From positions 91,946 through 155,945 of the forward strand of contig CAWFDF010000013.1 of assembly GCA_963814585.1 (NCBI GenBank): DNA of 64,000 nucleotides, written 5' to 3'. The notes below the pieces were generated by a model, which worked only from the letters and a program-made list of their open reading frames with translations, was not told the origin of the DNA and made no database searches. Positions 18,411 to 27,991 of the stretch are shown piece by piece; positions within the stretch are counted from its first letter, which is position 1, and every line of letters begins with the position of its first letter. The translations under genes and the position numbers were made by a program. The DNA is from an uncultured delta proteobacterium. GTDB lineage: Bacteria > Myxococcota > Myxococcia > Myxococcales > Anaeromyxobacteraceae.

Positions 18411-20792
18411 CTAGAAGAAGTTGCCGATGGTGAACTGGAAGTCAACGGGTTGGTCGTAGTAGATGCCGGTGGCCGGATCGGAGCGGCGGTTGAGCGGGAA
18501 GCCCCACTCGAAGCGCAGGGGCCCCATGGGGCTGAACCAGCGGAAGCCGAAGCCGACCGACTTGTAGAGCGAGTAGGGCACCGAAGGGTCGTTCCAGACG
18601 CCGGCCGCGAAGACGTTGCCGGCGTCGGCGAAGAGCACGCCCTTGATGCCGGCCGCCTGGACCAGCGGGAACTCCAGCTCCAGGTTGATGATGGCCTGCT
18701 TGTTCCCGCCGGTGGCGATGGTGGTGAGCGGCGACAGGGGGTCGTTGGGGTTGAACGGCACCCGCTCGGTGGGGGAGATGGAGAGCATCCGGTACCCGCG
18801 CACGGAGTTGATGCCGCCGGCGTAGTAGTTCTCCGAGATGGGCACGTTGTGCTCCGAGTCCCAGTTGCGCAGCACGCCGAGCGTCAGCTTGGCCTTGGCC
18901 ACGACGCCCAGGAAGAGCGGCCGGTAGATGCGACCGTCCACCGCGAAGCGGGAGAAGAGGTTGACCTTCTGCCCGAAGATGGCGGCCGGGGCCAGGATGG
19001 GGGGCGCGTACTCGGCGCTGGCCGTGAGGAAGAAGCCCGAGGTCGGGAAGATGCGGTTGTCGCGCCGGTCCCACTGCCAGGAGAGGCGGATCGAGCTGGT
19101 GGTCCCCGAGCGGTACTGGTTGTAGAGGACGTACTGGGCGTCGCCCGTCACCGAGACGTACTCGTTGGTGTAGGTCCCGAAGACGCGCATGTCCTCGAGG
19201 TGCCGGGCGAACGACCAGATCGGCGCCAGGCCGGAGAGCTCGTAGCCCCAGGTCATGTTGCCACCCACCGCCCGCCGGTTGAAGCTGGTGTAGTAGCTCT
19301 CGGTGGCGTAGAGGTCGAACGCGAACGTCCAGCGGGTGTCGAGGAAGTACGGCTCGACGAACTGGATCTGGCCGAGCTGCCGGATCGACGACCACTGGAT
19401 CTGCAGGCTCAGCGTCTGTCCCCACCCGAAGAAGTTCTGCTGCGAGATCTGGCCGGTGAGGATGAAGTTCTCGTAGCTGGAGAAGCCGGCCCCGAGCTGG
19501 AAGGAGCCGGTGGCCTTCTCCTTGACCTCGACGGTGGCGATGACCAGGTCCTCGGCGCTGCCCTTCCGGGTGGTGATCTCGGCGGTCTCGAAGAAGCCGA
19601 GCGCCATGATGCGACCCTTGGAGACGCGCATGGCCACGCCGCTGAAGTTCTCGCCCTCGTAGAAGCGCAGCTCGCGCCGCACCACCTTGTCGCGGGTCTT
19701 CTCGTTGCCGACCACGTCGATCCGCTCGAAGCGGCACTTGAGGCCCGGCTGGACGTCGAAGGTGATGTCGATGATGCGGTTCTTGTCGTCGACCTGGGTC
19801 TGCGGCGTGACGTTGGCGTAGGCGAAGCCGCGGTCCTTGTAGATGTCGCCGATGGCGAAGAGGTCCTGGCCGACCTTGGAGCGGGAGAACAGGAAGGTGG
19901 ACCTGGTCTGCAGGATGCGCCGCAGCAGCGGCTCCTCGCCGAGCAGCTCCCCGGTGAAGCTCACCTTGCCGATGGCGTACTGCTCGCCCTCCTCGATGGG
20001 GATGGAGATGAGGAGGTACCGGCGATCGGGCGTGAGGCCGATGGACGGCTTGCCAACCTTGACGTTGACGAAGCCCTGGTCCATGTAGGTCATGCCGATG
20101 GCGGCCAGGTCGCGCTGGAACATGTCCTCGCGGAAAGTGCCGGACGTCCCCAGGATGGAGAGCAGGCCGCCTTCCTGGGTCAGCATCACGCCGCGCAGCT
20201 CGTCGCTGGAGAGCCGCTTGTTGCCGTGGAACCGGATCTCCTTGACCAGCACCTTGGCCTTCTCGTCCACGACGTAGCGGATGGCGACCTGGTTGTCGGG
20301 CAGCGGCTCGAGCTGGTAGTTGACCTCTGCGAGGTAGAACCCCTTCTCCACGTACTTCTCCTGGATCCTCTTGACGTCCTTCTTCACCGCCACCAGGTCC
20401 AGGATGGTGAAGGTCTTGACCTCGACGGTGTCCTTGAGATCGTCCTTGGACAGCTCCTCGTTCCCGACGATGGTGGCCTCGCGGACGGTGGGCCGCTCGG
20501 TGACCTTGTAGACCAGCACCGGGCTGGCCGCGTCGCCCTCGACCTCGACCACCACGTCGGAGAAGAAGCCCAGCTTCATGAGCGCCCGGACGTCGGCCTC
20601 GACCCGCCGGGGATCGTAGCGAGCCCCCTTCCTGGTGACGGTGGCCTTGATGGTGTCCACCTCGACGCGCCGGTTCCCCTCCACCTTGACGTCGGCCACC
20701 ACCGCGGGCTCCGCGGCACGGGCGGACGCCGCCAGCGACGCCAGCGCGAGCGCGGCGGCCAGCCACCAGCCGGTACGGGGGCGGTGCTTCAC
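18411..20792 (-). CDS. bamA: Outer membrane protein assembly factor BamA
   Basis: POTRA repeats (VEGNRRV, GNEKTRDKVVRRE), VRGY, WFSPMGPLRFEWG, terminal FTIGNFF; GTG start 20792 inferred. Confidence 0.95.
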   Translation of the reverse strand: MKHRPRTGWWLAAALALASLAASARAAEPAVVADVKVEGNRRVEVDTIKATVTRKGARYDPRRVEADVRALMKLGFFSDVVVEVEGDAASPVLVYKVTERPTVREATIVGNEELSKDDLKDTVEVKTFTILDLVAVKKDVKRIQEKYVEKGFYLAEVNYQLEPLPDNQVAIRYVVDEKAKVLVKEIRFHGNKRLSSDELRGVMLTQEGGLLSILGTSGTFREDMFQRDLAAIGMTYMDQGFVNVKVGKPSIGLTPDRRYLLISIPIEEGEQYAIGKVSFTGELLGEEPLLRRILQTRSTFLFSRSKVGQDLFAIGDIYKDRGFAYANVTPQTQVDDKNRIIDITFDVQPGLKCRFERIDVVGNEKTRDKVVRRELRFYEGENFSGVAMRVSKGRIMALGFFETAEITTRKGSAEDLVIATVEVKEKATGSFQLGAGFSSYENFILTGQISQQNFFGWGQTLSLQIQWSSIRQLGQIQFVEPYFLDTRWTFAFDLYATESYYTSFNRRAVGGNMTWGYELSGLAPIWSFARHLEDMRVFGTYTNEYVSVTGDAQYVLYNQYRSGTTSSIRLSWQWDRRDNRIFPTSGFFLTASAEYAPPILAPAAIFGQKVNLFSRFAVDGRIYRPLFLGVVAKAKLTLGVLRNWDSEHNVPISENYYAGGINSVRGYRMLSISPTERVPFNPNDPLSPLTTIATGGNKQAIINLELEFPLVQAAGIKGVLFADAGNVFAAGVWNDPSVPYSLYKSVGFGFRWFSPMGPLRFEWGFPLNRRSDPATGIYYDQPVDFQFTIGNFF

Positions 20793-20827
20793 GGAGCCGC
20801 GGAATCTAGTGCAAGGGACGGCGCGGC

Positions 20828-21514
20828 TCAAAGGCTTTCTCTCTCCAGCCGCCCGCGCAGGAGGTGGAGCCGGCGGGGCATGGTCCGGGCCAGCTGCTCG
20901 TTGTGGGTGACCACCACGGCGGTGATGCCGAGCCGTGCGTTGAGGTCGGCGATGAGGGCGTGGATCCCCTCGGCGGTCCGGGCGTCGAGGTTGCCGGTCG
21001 GTTCGTCGGCGAGGAGCAGCCGGGGCTTGAGGCAGAGGGCCCGGGCCAGGGCCACCCGCTGCTGCTCGCCACCGGAGAGCTCGCCGGGTCGGTGGTGGAG
21101 CCGGTCGCCCAGCCCCACCTGCGCCAGCATCTCCTCGGCGCGTGCGTAGGCCTCGGCGCGCGGGAGGCGGCGGATCAGCCCGGGCATGGCGGCGTTGTCG
21201 AGCGCGGTGAACTCGGGGAGCAGGTGGTGGCTCTGGAAGACGAAGCCGATGTTCCGGTTGCGGAACGTGGCCAGCGCCTCCTCGCCGGGAGCGAAGGCGT
21301 CCTCGCCGTCGTAGAGGATCCGGCCGGCGCTGGGCGAGTCGAGCGTGCCGAGGACGTTGAGGAAGGTGCTCTTGCCCGACCCCGACGGCCCGGTCAGCGC
21401 CACCAGCTCGCCGGCGGCGATCTCCAGGGTGAGGTCGCGCAGCACCTCGAGCCGCTTCTCGCCCATGACGTAGGTCTTGCCGAGCCCCTCGACCCGGATG
21501 AAGGGCGTGCCCAT
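20828..21514 (-). CDS. lolD: Lipoprotein-release ABC ATPase
   Basis: GPSGSGKST, IGFVFQSHHLLPEF, LSGGEQQR, DEPTGNLD. Confidence 0.9.
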   Translation of the reverse strand: MGTPFIRVEGLGKTYVMGEKRLEVLRDLTLEIAAGELVALTGPSGSGKSTFLNVLGTLDSPSAGRILYDGEDAFAPGEEALATFRNRNIGFVFQSHHLLPEFTALDNAAMPGLIRRLPRAEAYARAEEMLAQVGLGDRLHHRPGELSGGEQQRVALARALCLKPRLLLADEPTGNLDARTAEGIHALIADLNARLGITAVVVTHNEQLARTMPRRLHLLRGRLERESL

Positions 21515-23454
21515 CACTCGCCCCTCAGGCCGTCGACCGGGCGCAGCCGGGCGGCCTTGGAGGCCGGGTAGATGGTGGCCAGGAAGGCCAGCGCCAGGGA
21601 CATCAGCGCCACCATGACCCACTGGGACGGGTCGATCCGGACCGGGAGGTTGTCGATGTAGTAGACCTCCGGGTCGAGCGGGATGCCCACGTCGCCGACC
21701 AGCAGGCAGGTGCCGTAGCCGAGCACCAGCCCGAAGAACGTCCCCACCGCGCCGATGATCATCCCCTCGATGACGAAGATCTTCATCACCGAGGGGATCC
21801 CCGCCCCCATCGACTTGAGGACGGCGATCTCGCGGGTCTTCTCCAGCACCAGCATGATCAGGGTGGCCACGATGATGAAGCTGGCCACCAGCACGATGAA
21901 GCCGAGGATGACCGCCATCACCAGCTTCTCCATGCGCAGCGCGGAGAACAGGTTGCGGTTGAGCTCCCCCCAGTCCTTGGTCCGGTACGGCCAGCCGCCC
22001 AGCGTGGCGCCGACCCTGGAGAGGATGGGCCGGGCCCGATCGACGTCGGACACCTTCAGCTCCAGCCCGGTGATGCCGTCGCCGGTGCCGAAGAAGCGGC
22101 GCGCCTCGTCGAGGTCGAGGTAGGCGAACTTCGCGTCGTACTCGTACATGCCGCTGTAGAAGACCGCCGCCACCCGGAAGGGCCGGCTCTTCGGCTGCGG
22201 TCCGCCCGGCCCGAGGTCGCCGAACGGGGAGATGACGTTCACCTGGTCGCCGACGTCGACGCGCAGCGAGCGGGCCATCTCCCGTCCGACCAGGATGCCG
22301 GGCAGCCGGCGCCCCGCCGGCGGCTCGTCCAGGTCGCGCACCGCTCCGGTCGGGATGAGCTCGGGCGTGGAGAGCCACTCCAGCTTGCCGCCCTTCTCGA
22401 CCGCCGCCGGGAGATCGGTGACCGTGCCGATGGTGGCGGGATCGATCCCCTTGAGCAGCGCCCCGGTGAGCCGCTGTCCCGAGGAGAGCATCACCTCGTT
22501 GTAGAGGAACGGGGTGGCGCCCACCACGCCGGGGACCAGGAGCACCTGGTCGCGGACCTGTCGCCACTCGGTGAACTCGTCCTTGCCGCCCTTCAGGAGG
22601 ATGCCGTGGGCGTTCTGGCCGAGGATGCGCGCCTTCAGGTCGCCCTCGAAGCCGTTCATCACCGAGAGCACCACGGTGAGCGCCCAGGCGCCGATGGCGA
22701 CGCCGCCGATGGAGATGAGCGTCATCAGCAGGGTCTCGGCCATGCGCTGCCGCCCCAGCAGCAGGCCGCGCCGCTCGGCCCGGCGCTCGCGGGCGCCGGC
22801 CACCAGCGAGCGGACGAAGAGGAAGAGCAGGCCGGGGAGGATGCCGGTCACCACCAGCGCGAAGACCGCCAGCAAGGTCCGCCGCGTCAGCTTGAGGTGG
22901 CTCTTGGCCACGTAGAGCTCGAAGGAGACCGAGAGATCGAGCCGCCCGGTGCCGCCGACCAGGTAGGCCAGCGTGGCGCCGACGAGGACGGCGGTGGCCG
23001 CCAGCGCGCCGGCGCCGACCAGGCCGAGCACCACCACCAGCAGCCCCTGCTGCTCCAGCCCTTCCAGGCCGGCCACCGGCCCGCGCGCCGAGCCGATGGT
23101 CGCCACGCGAAGCGCGACGGAGCCGATCCAGAGCAGCACGGCCGCGGTCACCTCGTAGAAGCCGATCCGCCGGGCCCAGAGCGCGGCCACGGCGCCGCAG
23201 CCGGCCGCCAGCAGCGCAGCCAGCACCATGGCCCCGGCCGAGGCCAACGCCGGCGGGAGCCCGGCGCGACCGGCCAGGAGCGCCTCGAGCAGCGGGGCGC
23301 CCGTGGCGGCGGCCACCAGGCCCACCAGCGCCAGCAGGAAGGCGGCGGTGGAGAAGATCGGCGCCACCGGGTGGGCGGCGCCCGCGCCCGCCGCGTCGGC
23401 GGGTCCCGTGACGGCCAGGGCCGGCGGCGCGGTCGGTGGAGTGGGCTCGATCAT
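21514..23454 (-). CDS. LolC/E-family lipoprotein-release permease with long hydrophobic N-terminal extension
   Basis: ISIGGVAIGAWALTVVLSVMNGFE, SGMYEYD, EKTREIAVLKSMG, YPASKAARL. Confidence 0.88.
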   Translation of the reverse strand: MIEPTPPTAPPALAVTGPADAAGAGAAHPVAPIFSTAAFLLALVGLVAAATGAPLLEALLAGRAGLPPALASAGAMVLAALLAAGCGAVAALWARRIGFYEVTAAVLLWIGSVALRVATIGSARGPVAGLEGLEQQGLLVVVLGLVGAGALAATAVLVGATLAYLVGGTGRLDLSVSFELYVAKSHLKLTRRTLLAVFALVVTGILPGLLFLFVRSLVAGARERRAERRGLLLGRQRMAETLLMTLISIGGVAIGAWALTVVLSVMNGFEGDLKARILGQNAHGILLKGGKDEFTEWRQVRDQVLLVPGVVGATPFLYNEVMLSSGQRLTGALLKGIDPATIGTVTDLPAAVEKGGKLEWLSTPELIPTGAVRDLDEPPAGRRLPGILVGREMARSLRVDVGDQVNVISPFGDLGPGGPQPKSRPFRVAAVFYSGMYEYDAKFAYLDLDEARRFFGTGDGITGLELKVSDVDRARPILSRVGATLGGWPYRTKDWGELNRNLFSALRMEKLVMAVILGFIVLVASFIIVATLIMLVLEKTREIAVLKSMGAGIPSVMKIFVIEGMIIGAVGTFFGLVLGYGTCLLVGDVGIPLDPEVYYIDNLPVRIDPSQWVMVALMSLALAFLATIYPASKAARLRPVDGLRGE

Positions 23455-23473
23455 GCGGCGGGCGCGTGGCCGG

Positions 23474-25033
23474 TCACGCCTGCGGCTTGAGCAGCGGGAA
23501 GAGGATGACGTCGCGGATCGACGCCGAGTCGGTGAGGAGCATGGCCAGGCGATCGATGCCGATCCCCTCCCCCGCCGTGGGCGGCATGCCGTGCTCCAGG
23601 GCGCGGACGTAGTCCTCGTCGAAGGGCATGGCCTCCTCGTCGCCGGCCACCTTGGCCTGCAGCTGCGCCTCGAAGCGGGCGCGCTGATCGGCCGGATCGT
23701 TCAGCTCGCTGAAGGCGTTGGCCATCTCCATGCCGGCGGCGTAGAGCTCGAAGCGATCGACGAGGCGCGGGTCGGCGTCGCGGCGGCGGGACAGCGGCGA
23801 GGTCTCGAGCGGGAAGTCGACCACGAAGGAGGGCCGGTCCGCAGGGAGGTCCGGCTCGCAGAGGATCTCGAAGGCCACGGCGATGGCCTCGCCCGGGCTC
23901 TTCTTCGCGGCCTGGGCCAGCTTCCAGGCGTGCTCCTTGTCGGCCACCCCCCCGGAGGCGCGGGCCAGCGCCTCGGCCAGGCCGCGCCCGGCGAGCGCCT
24001 CCTCGGTGGCGAGGCCGAGCGCCCGGGCCGCCTCGGCCACCAGGGAGATGCGCGGGTACGGCGGGGTCAGGTCGATGGACCGGCCCTGGAAGGTGATGAC
24101 CGGCCCGCCGGTCACCTCGACGGCCAGCGCGTGGAAGAGCTCCTCGGTGAGCCTCACCAGGTCGTCGTGCGTCGCGTACGCCTGGTAGAACTCGATCATC
24201 GTGAACTCGGGGTTGTGGCGCCGGTCGATCCCCTCGTTGCGCCAGATGCGGCCGATCTCGTAGACCCGGTCGAGTCCTCCGACGACGAGCCGCTTCAGGT
24301 GGAGCTCGGTGGCGATGCGGAGCTTGAGATCCAGCCCGAGCGCGTTGTGGTGGGTCTCGAACGGCCTCGCCGTCGCGCCGCCGGCCTCGGCCGGCTTGTG
24401 GAGCGTCGGCGTCTCCACCTCCAGGTAGCCGCGGGCGTCGAGGAAGCGGCGGATCCCGGAGACGATCCGGGCGCGCTTCACGAAGACCTCGCGGACCCCC
24501 GGGGTCACCACCAGGTCGACGTAGCGCTGGCGGTAGCGCTGCTCCACGTCGGTGAGGCCGTGCCACTTCTCGGGCAGCGGGCGGGTGGCCTTGGTGAGGA
24601 TGGTGAAGCGGGACGCCTCCAGGGTCAGCTCACCGGTCTTGGTCCGGGTGGCCGGCCCCTCGGCGGCGACGAGGTCGCCCACGTCGAGCAGCTTGAAGAT
24701 CTCGAACCCCGCCTCGCCGACCCGGTCCTTCTTGACCCAGACCTGCAGCTCGCCGCTCCGGTCGCGCACCTTGAGGAAGGCGGCCTTCCCGAAGGAGCGG
24801 AGCGCCAGCACGCGGCCGGCCACCGACCAGTCGCCGGGCGCCCTGGCGATCTCCTCGGCGGTGGCGGCGCCGTGGTGGGCGTGGAGGTCGGCGGCGAGGT
24901 GGCGCGGCGCCACCCCGTTGCCGTAGGGATTGACGCCGAGGGCGCGCAGCGCCTCGGCCTTCTCGAGCCGGGTCGCGATGATCTCGCGCTCGGTCGCGCC
25001 GAGGTCGTCGTGTGCAGGGGTCTTGTCGGCCAT
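23474..25033 (-). CDS. lysS: Lysine--tRNA ligase (class II)
   Basis: RYRQRYVDL, LRIATELHLKRLVVGG, RNEGID.RHNPEF, GMPPTAGEGIGIDRL. Confidence 0.97.
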   Translation of the reverse strand: MADKTPAHDDLGATEREIIATRLEKAEALRALGVNPYGNGVAPRHLAADLHAHHGAATAEEIARAPGDWSVAGRVLALRSFGKAAFLKVRDRSGELQVWVKKDRVGEAGFEIFKLLDVGDLVAAEGPATRTKTGELTLEASRFTILTKATRPLPEKWHGLTDVEQRYRQRYVDLVVTPGVREVFVKRARIVSGIRRFLDARGYLEVETPTLHKPAEAGGATARPFETHHNALGLDLKLRIATELHLKRLVVGGLDRVYEIGRIWRNEGIDRRHNPEFTMIEFYQAYATHDDLVRLTEELFHALAVEVTGGPVITFQGRSIDLTPPYPRISLVAEAARALGLATEEALAGRGLAEALARASGGVADKEHAWKLAQAAKKSPGEAIAVAFEILCEPDLPADRPSFVVDFPLETSPLSRRRDADPRLVDRFELYAAGMEMANAFSELNDPADQRARFEAQLQAKVAGDEEAMPFDEDYVRALEHGMPPTAGEGIGIDRLAMLLTDSASIRDVILFPLLKPQA

Positions 25034-25066
25034 CTCTCGGTTTCGACGGGGAAAACGGGTTGGCGC

Positions 25067-25095
25067 AGGCTATTCGGCGAGGCGCCTTGCGTCAA
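25067..25095 (-). promoter_or_regulatory. Sigma70-type promoter for the lysS-lol-bam-lpx operon
   Basis: TTGACG-N17-TAGCCT on the minus strand, 33 bp upstream of the lysS ATG. Confidence 0.55.
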
Positions 25096-25252
25096 CGGAG
25101 GCAACACCCGGGCGGGGCGGTTGTTCCCGGCGGAGGGCCAGCCAGCGGCGGGGCCGGGTGGCGCGGCGCGTCGGCACCGGACGCTTCCCGGGGCCGGCGG
25201 GGAGATCGAGCGCGTGGGCGATGAGCTGGTCCGCCGCCGAGGCGCCCGCCCG

Positions 25253-26848
25253 TCACCGCGAGCGGTACACGGTGTGGTCGATCTCCGGGAAGATGTTGTC
25301 CCTCGACTCGACCGAGCGGAGCCAGCCCTCGTCGACCTGGTGAGCCCGGAGCTGGTCGTGCAGCCGCGTGAAGCGGAGCACGTGCTCCTTGGTCCGCCGG
25401 ATGGCGTACTCGACCATGGTGCCGGTCTTCATGATGAAGGCCCAGTCGGAGGACTGGGCCAGCAGGAGCTCGCGCGCCGCCTGGTCGAGGGCGCGCCGCT
25501 CCAGCGGGGTCGGCAGCCGGATGTCGTTGGCGAGCGCGATCATCCGCTCCGCCGCCTTGTGGAGGTGGCGGTAGATCCAGTCGTTGGTCCCGTCCAGCCA
25601 GACGGCGGCGTAGCCGCCGGCCCCCCAGGAGCAGAGCGGCGGCGTCGCCAGCTGCTGCTCCGGGTTCTCCCGCAGGTAGTCGCCGGGCGTGGCCAGCTTG
25701 AAGACCTTCTGGTCGAAGGCCACCTTCCGGATCAGGTAGTCGATGAACTGCGGCCCCTCGTACCACCAGTGGCCGTAGAGCTCGGCGTCGTAGGGCGAGA
25801 CCACGATGGGCCGGGTCCCGCCCATGCGGCCGGCCAGGTGCTCGATCTGCCGCTCCCGGTTGTACATGAAGTTGCCCGCGTGGGAGGCGGCCCGCTCGGC
25901 GGCCCGCTGCGGCGAGTAGGGCTCCTTGTGCGGCGTCTTGCCGGTGATCCGGAAGTACTTGATGCCGACGTTCTTGCGCGCCCCGGTGGGCTGCACGTAG
26001 GGCTTCACGTAGTCGAAGTCGAGGTCCCAGCCGATGTCCCGGTAGAACTCCCGGTACTCGGTGTCGCCGGGATAGCCCGACTCGGCGCTCCAGACCTGCA
26101 TCGACGACTCGGGATCCCGGGCGAAGGCCGCCGGCCCGGCCGGGGTGTAGAGCGGCGCGTAGACGCCGTGGCGCGGCCGCGGCGTGGCGTCGGTGACGCC
26201 GTGGGAGTCGACGAAGAAGTAGCGGATGTTCTGCTCCGCCAGCACCTGCTCGACGCCGGGGAAGTAGCCGCACTCCGGCAGCCAGATGCCGGCCGGGTCC
26301 TTGCCGAAGTGGCGGCGGTGGTGCGTGGCGGCCACCGCCACCTGCGCCCTGACCGCCTCGGGGTACTGCTGCATCAGCGGCAGGAAGCCGTGGGTGGCGC
26401 CGCAGGTGAGCAGCTCCAGCCGCCCGGCCTCCTCGAGCCGACGGAACGCGCCCACCAGGTCACGGTGATAGCGATCGTGGAAGTGGCGGCGCAGGTCGAA
26501 GAACTCCTCCCGGTAGTGATGGGCCAGGCCGTTGAAGGCCGCCTCGTGACGGGTCCGGTGGATCTCCTTCTCGGCCAGCTCGCAGAGCTGGTCGAGCCGG
26601 CGGGCGTACCGCCCCATCAGCAGGTCGTCGCGCAGCATCGCCACCAGCGGAGGCGACATGGTGAGCGAGATGCGGAAGGGGATGCCCTCGTCGGCGGCGC
26701 GGTCGAAGACCCGCAGGAGCGGGAGGTAGGTCTCGGTGATGGCCTCGTAGAGCCAGTCCTCCTCGAGGAAGTCCTCGTACTCCGGGTGACGAACGAAGGG
26801 CAGGTGGGCGTGGAGGTGGAGGGCGACGTAGCCCCGGGGTTCGGCCAT
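25253..26848 (-). CDS. GH57 family 1,4-alpha-glucan branching enzyme (DUF1957)
   Basis: LHAHLPFVRH, EAITETYLP, GIWLPEC, PYDAELYGHWWYEG, AQSSDWAF. Confidence 0.92.
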   Translation of the reverse strand: MAEPRGYVALHLHAHLPFVRHPEYEDFLEEDWLYEAITETYLPLLRVFDRAADEGIPFRISLTMSPPLVAMLRDDLLMGRYARRLDQLCELAEKEIHRTRHEAAFNGLAHHYREEFFDLRRHFHDRYHRDLVGAFRRLEEAGRLELLTCGATHGFLPLMQQYPEAVRAQVAVAATHHRRHFGKDPAGIWLPECGYFPGVEQVLAEQNIRYFFVDSHGVTDATPRPRHGVYAPLYTPAGPAAFARDPESSMQVWSAESGYPGDTEYREFYRDIGWDLDFDYVKPYVQPTGARKNVGIKYFRITGKTPHKEPYSPQRAAERAASHAGNFMYNRERQIEHLAGRMGGTRPIVVSPYDAELYGHWWYEGPQFIDYLIRKVAFDQKVFKLATPGDYLRENPEQQLATPPLCSWGAGGYAAVWLDGTNDWIYRHLHKAAERMIALANDIRLPTPLERRALDQAARELLLAQSSDWAFIMKTGTMVEYAIRRTKEHVLRFTRLHDQLRAHQVDEGWLRSVESRDNIFPEIDHTVYRSR

Positions 26849-27889
26849 CTACCGGCCCTCCCCGCCGAACGGGCCCGACGGCGACGACGGGCCGCCGGCC
26901 GGGGAGGTCGGGCCACCGCCGGCGTGGCTGTGGCCGAAGCCTTCCCAGCCGGAGAGGCGGGCCAGCAGGGCCCTCGCCTCCTCGCTGAAGGGACCACCGG
27001 GTACGCCCGGCCCCATCAGCTTCGGCAGCGGAACGTCCCACGGCAGCGTCGCGAAGCGATCGTCGATGATCGGCGACGGCCCCTGGGGCGGCAGCGCGGT
27101 GGCGATCGAGGGGCCCGGAAGCACCCGGTCCTGGCCGTCGGATCCGATGACGTGGAGCTCGGCGCGGTACGGGCGCCCGGGCTCCAGGTCGTGGACGTAC
27201 CAGCCGCGGGCCTCGAGGGCGACGTCGATGACGCGGACGCGCTCCCACCCGTTGCCGCGCGCGAAGACCCAGAGCTGCACCTTGGCGTCGGGGACGCCGG
27301 CGAAGGAGGCGTCGACGGTCGAGCGGGCCTGGTCCCAGTAGACGAAGAGGGTGCGCGGATCGCGCGGCAGCGCCACCAGCAGGTCGGCGCCGTAGGTCCA
27401 GGGCAGCTCGCCCAGCCCCTCGTCGTCGAGGGGCTGCGGCGGGGGTTCCTCCTCCCAGCCGCCCGGCTCGAGCAGCTGGTGCGGCGCGTCTCGGGCGGCG
27501 TCTTCCCCGCGCACCCGCGCCACGAAGAACCCTTCCGGATCCGGACCTTCGCGGCGACCGGCCCCTGCCAGGCTCGGGATGACCTTGGTTCGCCTGGTGG
27601 ACGGGCGTGGCGCGGCCGGCTTCCTCGCGGCCGCACGGGGGGGCGGCGCCTTCTTGACGGCGGCCTTCCTGGCGGCCGCCTGCTTCCCGGCAGCCTGCTT
27701 CCCGGCAGCCTTCTTGGCGGCCGGCTGCTTCGCGGCCGCCCGCTTCCCGGCAGCCTTCTTGACGGCCGGCTGCTTCGCGGCCGTCTTCCCGGCGGACGCC
27801 TTCCTCCCGGCCGGCGGCGCCTTGACCGACCGCTTCGCGGCCGGACTCTTCGTACCCAGGAGCGACTTCTTCCGATCTTGTGCTGGCAT
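26849..27889 (-). CDS. DUF4912-domain protein with Lys/Ala-rich N-terminus
   Basis: LPWTYG.DLLVALPRDPRTLFVYWD, RGWYV; abuts the GH57 gene. Confidence 0.8.
   Translation of the reverse strand: MPAQDRKKSLLGTKSPAAKRSVKAPPAGRKASAGKTAAKQPAVKKAAGKRAAAKQPAAKKAAGKQAAGKQAAARKAAVKKAPPPRAAARKPAAPRPSTRRTKVIPSLAGAGRREGPDPEGFFVARVRGEDAARDAPHQLLEPGGWEEEPPPQPLDDEGLGELPWTYGADLLVALPRDPRTLFVYWDQARSTVDASFAGVPDAKVQLWVFARGNGWERVRVIDVALEARGWYVHDLEPGRPYRAELHVIGSDGQDRVLPGPSIATALPPQGPSPIIDDRFATLPWDVPLPKLMGPGVPGGPFSEEARALLARLSGWEGFGHSHAGGGPTSPAGGPSSPSGPFGGEGR
27650..27830. repeat. Coding tandem repeats (15-bp units; 42-bp near-duplicate) encoding a KQPAAKKAAGK-type tract
   Basis: GCTTCCCGGCAGCCTTCTTG(G/A)CGGCCGGCTGCTTCGCGGCCG at 27697-27738 and 27742-27783. 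Confidence 0.8.
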
Positions 27890-27991
27890 GATTTCGGGGA
27901 GACTACACCAAGAATCACTCGACCGTCCCCCACCCGACCGCCCCCGGGCGGCTTCTCTGCTAGGCTCTCCCTTTCGGCCATCGGAGCCCGC

